From positions 26,684,560 to 26,748,559 of the forward strand of contig NC_134027.1 in the NCBI RefSeq assembly GCF_964204645.1: a stretch of DNA of 64,000 nucleotides. Direction: 5' to 3'. Shown here piece by piece: positions 55,001 through 64,000 of this stretch (position 1 is the stretch's first letter; every line of letters starts with the position of its first letter). Made by a program: the position numbers and the translations under genes. This stretch comes from Tubulanus polymorphus (lineage: Eukaryota > Animalia > Nemertea). The notes beneath the pieces were generated by a model. The model saw only the letters and a program-made list of their open reading frames with translations, did no database searches and was not told where the DNA came from.

Positions 55001-58000
55001 TTAAGAGGAAGCCCAATGCAGCAATGGATAGATGATATCCACTCCTGGACAGGCGTCTGAGCTGAAAGATTGACCTGTCTGGTAGAGGACCCACTGTGCT
55101 CGAGGTTGTGATAAAGGATGTTTGTGCTAGTTGACTAAGGGAAGATGATGATGAATGATATAAGCTGAAAGATTGACCCGTCTGGTAGAGGACCTACTGT
55201 GCTCGAGGTTGTGATAAAGGATATTTGTGCTGCCTCCCTTGGTAGTTGACTAAGAGAAGATGATGATGAATGATATAAGCTGAAAGATTGACCGTCTAGT
55301 AGAGGACCCACCGAACTGGAGGCTGTTTACGCTGTCCTCCCCGCGTCAGATATAAGAATTACCTCATCATTGTCATCGAAGATTGGATTAATATTTTTCG
55401 GCCACGTTAAAACTTCACAGTTCAAATCGATATCTTCCTGAGTGAAGAAATACGTGTCTAGAAGATACTGCAGACGTTTTTGACACTCTCCGATTCGTTC
55501 GTTCAGTTTAATCATTCCCATCGATCGAGCGTTTTCAACAAACGCGACCATGTCGACTAATTCTTCACTCGTTTCCGGTGTTTTCAACGCTCGCTCTTTG
55601 ATGTTCATGAATTCGCGACAAATACTGAAATCGGTAAAATAATATTTTGTTGATCATCTTAGAATTTGATGAAAAAAGAAATTGCACAATTTAGACTTAA
55701 AATTCAGCGATGGAAAAGTTTATTGAGATCACAAAGTGTTGGTTGTGAAACCATTGATGAAAAACTCTTTGAGTCCATGTTTTAATGATAATATACAATT
55801 TCACACTTAGAATGAAGAATAGTCTGAAATGTTTCCTTGAGCTAATAATTTATTCAATGTTTCCTGTATTCCCGAGAATCCCTATTAGGATAAAGTTGAA
55901 TCCTTGAATAAACTACTAGCTGAAGGAAACATCTTGGACTTTATTTTGGACTCTTATCATGGGATTTTGCTGTTTCCTAAAAGCCATCATCAGGTGGAAT
56001 TTACTGTTTACCTCTGATTTTCGTTTCTGTGATCGGAAGCGACTCTGGTCAGTAGAATATCGGCGAGACCTCGAGCTTCTTCGGCTAAACCTCGTTTTAG
56101 ATCCTCGCAATCGAGTCGTATCATATCGAAATGTTCAATACTCGCTAATCCCATAATCTCTTTAGCAAGATTTCTAAACGTTTCTATATACTACAATTAA
56201 AACAACATACATGTATTTCATGGAATTGATAAAATATTCAAAATGTCTCAAAATGGTAAAGAATCTTACAATAAGATTAAAACTCATTATAAAAGATTTA
56301 AAACGAAATCATTGTCAAGAATTAAAACCAAAATACAACTGATGATGGTCACTGATGAGAGAGAGCCTGAAATGTTATATTTTTGATTCTCAACTTTGAT
56401 TTTAATCTTAAATTTCTATGTGGTTGGTTTTAATCTTATCATCTGTTTCCCACGTCTGAGTGTCTATTCTAGTAAAAGAATCTTACGTCACAATATTCCT
56501 CGAATGTGTGTTCTTCTTCCATGAACTTCTGTATTTCATCATACGCCTCACCATTCACTATATAATCATACCTTTCAACTGAAATTAACAACTAACATTT
56601 TACAACAACTCATTACAACACAACAACACGGGTGACAAATGAGAACTGACTTACTGAACGTTTGAAGATAAACTTGTGGTTCCTCGAAGTTACGTTTGCA
56701 CGCTTCTTTCAGTTTATGAATAGCAGCATCAGTGATGTGCTGAGCTACAGTGACATCGGTATTTACGGTAGTTGTTCCACCAGCTAACCATGACTGAACA
56801 GTAGGTACCTATCATTACGCAACAATTCAACTTTTAAACCGCAGTCTTTAACTGTCTGAAGACTTTTTAATAGATGGATTTTTAGAAGGTTCTGGATTAA
56901 CAGAATATCAGCCATATCTTTTAACTGTCTTCATTGTGAAAACAAGTAGTACAATGTAGGTTAACTGAGATCATTAGATATATTTTGCTACCAGTAGCTT
57001 CATCATGAAGAGTGAGTGATTCACCTGATGAAGCTAGTCTATGCACAGTCTATTCTAAATAAATCCATAAGAAATCACAAGTTTTTGACAGCTCCTCTCT
57101 CATTTACTATCTACTACACAAAGAGATATTTTCATGCTTTAACTTACACTTTGCATAGTTTTATTCACTTGATGAACGATGAATAAAACGAGTTCTTCGA
57201 GATCTTCGTACGGCGGATAAAACTGCATTCGTTTATCGTCGAACGTCAATTCCATTCGTAATATCGGTAAATTCTCTTTATTATTCTCATCGAACAGATT
57301 CACCCAACCTTCGATTGTTCGCACTAATAAACTCTTTAACTGTAATCAATAAACATTTAACATTTAAGTGATGAATGTCATCAATGAGTTGATGACAAGA
57401 GCTGATTCTGACCACAGTTAAATGAATTTTGCTCAACCGCTTTCAATTATTCATCGGAATCAATCAATTACATTTTAATTATAATATTGCATTCCCCAAA
57501 AAGCTGCTATGTAAGAGACAAATTTTATAGAGAAGAGATAAAATAAAGACCAAACCCAGTATCATACAGTGATACTGGAGGCTGGTCTTTGATACTGGTT
57601 TTATCTATTCCCTATCAATAGTGAGAAAGTCCCTGAATGCGTAGAGGAATAGAGGATGAAAGAAATAATTTGTATTCGGTGCTTTTTTCCAGATAAGGAC
57701 TCGTCACATTTTATAGAGAATGGTCAGTGATACTGGTTTTATCAATTCCATTGTGCAATGTGACAAGTCGCTGTCTGTACAAGTTCACTCCATGAATGAG
57801 GTTTGTATAATACCTGGTTTGATATGAGTGTTGTAATACAACTGAAGAAGTTATCCAGTTTATCCGATCGTATTGAACCCATTGTGTTTTTATCCGCGAA
57901 TATATTGATCACTTTCGGATACCAGCTGTGCATCAATTTCTCTTCCGTTCGTTCGCAATCTAATATCACATTGTTACGTAGATGTTCGAACTCGAGAGGA

Positions 58001-61000
58001 CCCTGAGCCCTGAAAATCATAAATATTAAATGCTTAAATACATTATCAAGGTGGCCAGTTTTATCCGACTTGCATTTCTCTATTCCCTGACTTGATCTGC
58101 TAAGAATCTAATCAATTAACACCGTCAAATATGTTAAACATAGACAAAAACTATTTAATTTATGCAGGGTCTAGAAATCTCAACAAATTTCCCCCGCCTT
58201 TTCCCTGGTTTTTAGCTTTTTACAAAATTCCCCGACTTTTTTGAATCAAAGAATATTCCCCAACTTTTCTCAGATTTCTAGACATATGAGTTGAGGTAAA
58301 ACGACACAAACCTGAAGTTTGAGCAATCGACGAGAACTAATTTCAACAGAACGTCGTAACACATGTTTAAAACTATCTGCATAGACGGGTGTAGTATGTG
58401 TAGGTTCTGTTTCATTTCTTCACGGTTTTTCACGTAGGTGTCGTGCCATGGACTCGAGTAGTCTAAACCACTGAAAAATAATGGCTTAAATTCATACATC
58501 TGAACCACGATTAACGCAGAAATTACCATTAAGAAAAAAATGGAAAAATGTAACACTGATGAAAATAATGCATAATCTATTTTTGATGTAAACAGTAGCA
58601 AAAAAAAGTTATCACCAAAAGTTTTCCACTGCAAACAGATTTTGAACAAAAAAAAAACCGAAATTAAGTGTAAATCTAAAATCATAATTGTTCTTAGAAT
58701 TGATAAGAAAGCGTTTCGTACAGAAAACAGTTTCCATCATTATCAGAAAATTCACTACATGAAAAGTACAGGAAAAGTGATATGAAAAATGTATGTTTTG
58801 AAAAAAGAAAACTGAATAAGATTTTTTGACAACAGTAATGACAATAGTTTATGTCATAACCTGCTGAAATCTACACAAGTCAAGCTTTCTTCCAGTTTGG
58901 CAAATGATGTCCTACAAAGTTTAAACAACTGTTAATACCATGAGAACAGTTGATATTTATTCATTTCAAGCAATTAAACAGTTTTGTAATAAAACATACC
59001 ACGGTTCTTCTGGAAGTTCACCGGTGTCATCATTCTCTAGTCCTTTAATTGATGGTTTTACTAATGCATGTTGAACTGAAATACAAATAACATAAAACAG
59101 TTTATAATATAAGTTGTGAAATTGGTGTTTTCCTCAACAGCCAGAGTGGCAGCCATCCCTTTCATTTTTATATCCACCCCTCATAAATTATCTGCTGCCC
59201 CTAGCAAGGCGGATGTCGATATTCCATCAATGCTTGTCAATACTCTATCAATGCTGATTATTACTTTAAAAAATGTTGAACTAATGCGAAAAATAGAAGA
59301 TTACACAAAAATTAAGCTTAGTTTTTTGGTATTTTTTGGGGGGATAGAAAGCCTTGCTATTTCAGTACAAACAATGTTATACACTTAACAATCGACGTAG
59401 CACCTTTAAAATTCCAGCATAAAGAGAACACTGGTAAAAACTGGCTAAAAACTAGATAAAGTCTAAAATGGGCTCCGATGTGAAATTGAAGAGTTATAAA
59501 TAAACCTACCCATTGATTTCTTCATGCTACACGTATAGTTTTCGCCGATCTCCGCGAATAGCTCATCGATTACTTCTCGATGCATTGGTGTTTTTAAATG
59601 TTCAGGAATCATCGTCAGTATGTGATCGAACCATTCCTGTTGCATGTCTGTGATCGGTGCTTCTTCGACGCATGATTTCATAAACTGATAATTCAACTAG
59701 AAACAAGACAATAATCTATATAGAATTTCATGTAATTCACTAAAGCTTAGTTTTCTACATTATCATTGACTTCAGAGTTAAGATTACTGGGTAGTTCATT
59801 TCCAATTTGTTTAACTCCGTCATGAAAATGTTTAAGATTAAAATGGTTAAGTTTAGATTGTCTTCTTCATCAAAAACATGAAGAAATCAATTTAGCAATT
59901 AAACCAAAAAATAGAGATTTTCTTTTTCGTGAAACTGGGCCCAGTAGGATTTGAATTACCAAGAATGAATTGGATTTAATTCACAGAACAAACTACTTAC
60001 CACAATAGAACTTTTTAAGACTCAAAAGTACTTTTGGATCCTCCAATAATCAGTAATATTATCAAACCAAAATTTGGAGTTTAACTTAACCGTAAACCTG
60101 GATTCAGAATTTACTGTGGAAATGGATTGTGGGGATTTGTAATATGTTTTACTTACACGAATTCTTCTGTCTTTTCCCATCATCTGTATTGATTATTATT
60201 AGGAAAGGACAGATTTGAAAGGAAAGTGAGGAGGTGAGGGGGTGATAGAGGATGAAAACGAGGATGATTTAAGGTATTATCGGGATCGATGCCATGGGTG
60301 ATTTTAAAAAGGTGATGACAAGACAAATAATGTTTGAGAGGAGGAAAATTGTGAAATAATGAAAATGTTTAATCGAAAAGAAAAAAAAGAAAGAAAATAT
60401 TCTCTATTAGAATTAAACATCGCAATATATCATTTTCGTCTATAATATTGAATTTAACACTAGGCATACGCAGTGAGTGAATAAATTTGATAAGTTTGAA
60501 TTGAATTTACCTCCGCTGGATAATCTGGTCCATCATCTTTTACTTCATCTTTCTTACTACTATTTACAGCATCAGTATAAACACTCATTGCATTCTCGAG
60601 CCTGAAATATTTACAATAGTTCATATTTGATTTGATCATTGAAACTTGAGCGCAAAATTCTAACAATTTTTTCCTTAATAAGCCAGAAATATTGAAAGAG
60701 AGAAATACCTGAATAAAAGCAGCTAAAGATAATGTGTGAGACTCAATTGACATTGTTCCCAAAAGTTTTACATAAATTCAAAATTTCCCAAGTTTTTTCC
60801 AAGTATTTCACTGGTAATTTTTGAATTTTCTCAAATGGATCCATCAGGGACGTCAACACTTCAGTGGTGACTGGTTGATGAAGGTGATTTTCAAGGAAAA
60901 TTACTGAACAAATTTTGCCCTTGGGGTTCGCAATTGAAATCCCAAAACTATAATACTGATACAAGCTATGTGAAGTGAAACCAATTTCCCAAATATATCC

Positions 61001-61304
61001 AAAATTCCAGAAATTCCAAAACTCGGAAATTCCCAATTTTTCCCAACGGGTAGTGTACAGGTTGATGATTAACATTTGAAAAATATTTCCACTATTCGAC
61101 TTACATGATTTTTTTCAGGAGACCTTGCCTGTGATCGGCCATTCTAAACTTCATCAATCGACTATTAGCGTAGGGGTCGTCCTGTTTGACGGGCTGAACA
61201 ATCGGAGGTAACCGTGGCAATCCATTCGGTCCAATACCGCGAGCTGAATTCTTCTGTTTCGCAGCCAACGGGCCTCCATTTATTTGTTGACCTTCAGAAG
61301 CCAT
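28093..61304 (-). CDS. DNAH12: Axonemal inner-arm dynein heavy chain, DNAH12 ortholog, complete multi-exon gene
   Basis: P-loops GPAGTGKT (AAA1), GEPFGSKT (AAA2), GPTGTGKS (AAA3) and GVGGSGRQ (AAA4), the stalk/MTBD exon 39731-40950, and C-terminal [15 protein letters not shown]. The N-terminus ([47 protein letters not shown]) matches the recalled DNAH12 N-terminus rather than DNAH7 or DNAH3. Confidence 0.9.
30948..32173. repeat. Highly homogeneous 43-bp tandem repeat in a DNAH12 intron
   Basis: Unit GTTTCTATCGACGACCGACTGTCTATAATACATCTAGAATCGA, about 28 head-to-tail copies with no spacers. Confidence 0.97.
33380..33505. mobile_element. Palindromic MITE (CAGTTGCTCAAAA...GTTAACC family)
   Basis: Shared ACTATGTCAACTATCCACTGGTTAACT core. 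Copies near 18004, 41031-41250 and 51542-51665. Confidence 0.7.
34939..35079 (-). CDS. DNAH12: DNAH12 duplicated exon B (141 nt)
   Basis: CAG acceptor, GTAAG donor. Encodes [47 protein letters not shown]. Confidence 0.9.
35266..35492. mobile_element. Non-autonomous DNA transposon (CAGGGTTCTTAC TIR) between the duplicated exons
   Basis: CACGGTTCTTACAGATC...GATCGGTAAGAACCCTG. A related copy lies at about 21778-21990. Confidence 0.65.
35638..35778 (-). CDS. DNAH12: DNAH12 duplicated exon A (141 nt)
   Basis: CAG acceptor, GTAAG donor. Encodes [47 protein letters not shown]. Confidence 0.85.
36364..36447 (-). other. GC-AG intron in DNAH12
   Basis: AAG|GCGAGT donor joins KKQK to VAEETEKK, the spacing expected from dynein homologues. 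Confidence 0.7.
36720..36887 (-). mobile_element. tRNA-derived SINE-like element
   Basis: A-box-like TAGCTCAGTTGG and B-box-like AGTTCGAAACC. No pairing acceptor stem, followed by an unrelated body. Confidence 0.55.
39426..39686. repeat. Four tandem copies of a 65-bp MITE-derived unit
   Basis: Period of 65 bp (39426, 39491, 39556, 39621), containing GGATCCAGTTCCACAGTTCTGAGTT. Confidence 0.9.
44536..44826. repeat. (GACT)n tetranucleotide microsatellite filling most of a DNAH12 intron
   Basis: About 290 bp of GACT/GATT units that run directly into the donor GTAAGTCAGTCA on the minus strand. Confidence 0.97.
49474..49761. mobile_element. piggyBac-type non-autonomous element (288 bp)
   Basis: TTAA-CCCTTTCAGTGC...GCACTGAAAGGG-TTAA: perfect 12-bp TIRs with TTAA on both flanks. 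Confidence 0.88.
54483..54665. repeat. Degenerate tandem repeat, unit about 20 bp
   Basis: Recurrent CTGGGTCTAGAACTG-like units. Confidence 0.7.
55060..55312. repeat. Tandem repeat, unit about 100-115 bp, about 2.3 copies
   Basis: GCTGAAAGATTGACC recurs near 55061, 55164 and 55279. Confidence 0.8.
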
Positions 61305-61918
61305 GATCTGTAAAAACAGTTACATCAAAGAGTTAGCTCAACTGTTGTAAAACTAGGCTAGGTATAAGGCTAGCTTCTAGCCGGTGTAGTAACAGACTAG
61401 ATAGTACTATATAGATATAGTATCAACATCTAGGTCACCTTTCATTCCACCTAGGAACTAAGCCTACTCATAGTGTAAGGTAGATAGGGAACCATTAAGG
61501 GACACTTTAAGGCCAAACTGTATTCTAGTATCTGACTGTAAACTGATGGGGCGTACACATTGAGATTCAGCTTCTGAATTCCCATCCTGCTGTGCTAAGC
61601 CTCTAACTGTAGTTAAGGGCATCTAAACTGTAGTCTGAAACCCAGATGACACAGACAGGTTCCGTACTACAAAAAAGTACAATCTGTTGCCCGGTTGGTC
61701 ATTATTGTTTCAAACGGAGATTGTTTGTACTGCCGTCTGCGAAACTTTTTTATCTTTTACATTTAGCTTGAATTTAAAGGGACTTAAGTTTTTAGTGAGC
61801 GGGTGTAATCATTTTACATAAGCCAAAATCTTTTTGAAAATTAGTTTCTTAGACTTCTTTTTACAAGAAAAGATTTCTCCAGCAGAAAATACTGACTGAA
61901 AAATGAAACAATTTCTTA

Positions 61919-62341
61919 CCGGAAAGTGCAACAGCAGCAGCAGCAGCAGTAGCAGCAGGTGCCGGTGCAGCAGCAGTTGGGGCAGAAATAATAGATCAAA
62001 ACTTCACAACTTTTAATCCTTCGAATTCATTACTTAATCAAACATCATCAGGGACATCGATCACTAAGGGAAGTGTATTTCTTGTTTACTTCCTGGTTCA
62101 TGAAATCTCGACTATCCGCGAGACTCGGCGAGATCGAGCCTACACTTGTTACACTTCACGCGATTGGTTGAAAGTTTTACCCAGACTCGTTGGAACCAAT
62201 CAAATCAGTCGTTACAAATCCGTCGATAATCCTTGGCGACCGTGACGTCATTTCCTAAACAAGTATGGCGGCGGTGTCAGAGTGAAAACAGTCTTTACAG
62301 CTAAATTGTTCCACTTATCACTGGTTTATCATTGATTAACG
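61919..62341. promoter_or_regulatory. Bidirectional promoter and probable non-coding first exons of DNAH12 and the downstream + gene
   Basis: Minus-strand donor CCG|GTAAG near 61918 and plus-strand donor ACG|GTAAG at 62341. Motifs between them: TGTTTAC (FOX, 62083), ACTTCCTG (ETS), two CCAAT boxes (62163 reverse, 62196), X-box-like CCTTGGCGAC (62231), TGACGTCA (62243) and YY1-like ATGGCGG (62265). Confidence 0.65.
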
Positions 62342-62637
62342 GTAAGTTTATCATCTGAATAATCTTAGAAATACTCATCTTTACAAGTTGCAAATAATCT
62401 GTTTATTTGACTCGAGAAAAGCAGAATAATTTAATGCATTTTCAGACTAAAAGTTCACAATCAACTCAACCTCAACTCTCTCCTCAACTCCTCGCTCAAG
62501 CCTGTCCAGTTTCCTCTGTGTACATTTCTTTATCTTTGTTATCATGTTACTGCTGTAAGTGTTTGGTGGTGATGATGGTGGGCGCCGATTCAAATTCACA
62601 ATCGGCTCAATTTCCTTTTTTTCAGGCAAAGTTTAAA

Positions 62638-63977
62638 ATGGCCGACGAGGAGAACGTGAAGGATGTTCCGATCGAATTACAAAGTGAAGAGATTGTAACA
62701 GAAGAAGCAAATGTCGATGTAACGGAAGTAACTGATGATCAGATAGAAGATAACAATGTAAGTGAACACCTTTCTCCTCTCCCCCTGGTTCTCTGTGTCG
62801 AGTGGTGGCTATAATAGTTGTATCAATAATGAATGTGGATCATTGAATTGATGTTGTTTCTATTACAGATTGATGAAGTGGAACCGACCTCCGCTGCTGC
62901 TGAAGGTGAATAATCTAGTTATTTGTTTTGTTAAGTTTTAAGCATTCTAGAAATTATTGTTAAGATGTTCGTTCATTTTGTTTTGATGTTTATGAATTGT
63001 TGTAGGAGAATCAGGACTTGTTGTAGGAGATGGAGGAGATAGTGAGGCGGGTGATGGGAAATCTGGGGATGAGGAGGTACAAGATGAAGAGAATGGGGAA
63101 CAAGTTGAAAATAATGTGACTGTTGGGGAAGTTGGGGAACAAAATGTGGAGCAGGTCGATGGGGAACCAGTTACTGAGCAAACTGAAGGCGAACAAGTTA
63201 CTGAACTGGGTGAAGCAGAACAGACTGCTGAGCAGGTTGAAGCAGAACAGACTGCTGAACAGGTCGAAGGGGAACAAACTGCTGAGCAGGCTGAAGGGGA
63301 ACAGACTGCTGAACAGGCTGATGGGGAACAAACTGCTGAGCAGGCTGAAGGGGAACAGACTGCTGAACAGGTCAAAGGGGAACAAGTTGAGGTGAAAGCT
63401 GATGAAGCAGAAAAAGAAATAGATACAACGCTACAAATGGAAGAAGGAGGTTAGACAATTAACAACACTATCTGAGAATAACTCATAGAATAGCAGATAA
63501 CTCATCGCTCTAACTGACTGACAAATTGTAGCAGATAACTCATCGTTCTAACTGACTGACAAATTGTAGCAGATAACTCATCGTTCTAACTGACAAACTC
63601 TAGTTCTAACTGACTGACAAACTCTAGCGTTTTCACTAACTACCTGACGAAAATATCACAAACTGTATGACGAACTTATCACTAACTGTCTGACAACTGT
63701 TGAACTATTACCGGTTTTTATGCTAAATATCTAACGATTTTATTAACTAAACCGATGTTCTATATTTCAGTAGAAAAAAGAAATTATGATTTCCATTTAA
63801 CCCTGATTTAAACTGATCACAATTTCAACCAATTTCTTCTTGATATCGGATGTGTTTATATTGAAGGTGCGCGTGAAGATGCAGCAACTGGAACCGAACC
63901 GAGTGATGAAATACATGAAACGGATCCTCATGCTGTATCACCTCGAACTCAAGCTAATCTTACCGCTACTGCTACTG
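62638..63977 (+). CDS. 5' exons of an unidentified protein with a very acidic, repetitive N-terminus (continues past the window)
   Basis: ATG at 62638 in AAAATGG context. Phase-consistent exons 62638-62757, 62869-62905, 63006-63449 and 63867-63977. Contains 10-aa repeats of the EQTAEQAEG type. Confidence 0.75.
63490..63630. repeat. Short intronic tandem repeat, unit about 37 bp
   Basis: TAGCAGATAACTCATCGTTCTAACTGACTGACAAATTG, about 3 copies. Confidence 0.8.
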
Positions 63978-64000
63978 GTAAATCATCATCATCGTTTATC

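Noticed and set aside
56011-56190. Suspected frameshift in DNAH12 (the ORF track shows a different frame)
   Set aside because: Manual translation gives DHRNENQS-ICREF in frame across the junction, so there is no disablement.
62947-63385. Minus-strand Cys/Ser or Phe/Leu repeat ORFs
   Set aside because: Reverse complements of the plus-strand acidic repeat exon, which has proper splice sites.

Overview
Eukaryotic (invertebrate animal, probably a spiralian; species not determinable here) AT-rich, gene-dense, intron-rich window. Six protein-coding genes: 3' end of a Ser/Pro-rich signalling gene, probably DOCK3/4-like (+, to 5883); syntaxin-16 (-, 8769-12515) head-to-head with the E3 ligase RNF123/KPC1 (+, 13012-22140); nucleoporin NUP35 (+, 24767-26556) convergent with a complete axonemal dynein heavy chain DNAH12 (-, 28093-61304); and the 5' end of an unidentified acidic-repeat protein gene (+, from 62638) head-to-head with DNAH12. 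Most notable: a pair of 141-nt duplicated, probably mutually exclusive exons plus a candidate 9-nt microexon in the DNAH12 AAA5 region; an AT-AC U12 intron in RNF123; a conserved-looking alternative 5' donor in STX16; and recurring intronic inverted-repeat elements carrying minimal hammerhead-ribozyme cores of the Penelope-like type, one nested with a 13-bp target duplication. Introns also hold many MITE families and several tandem repeats. No prokaryotic system or CRISPR array is present. Homology calls come from recalled protein sequences, not database searches.
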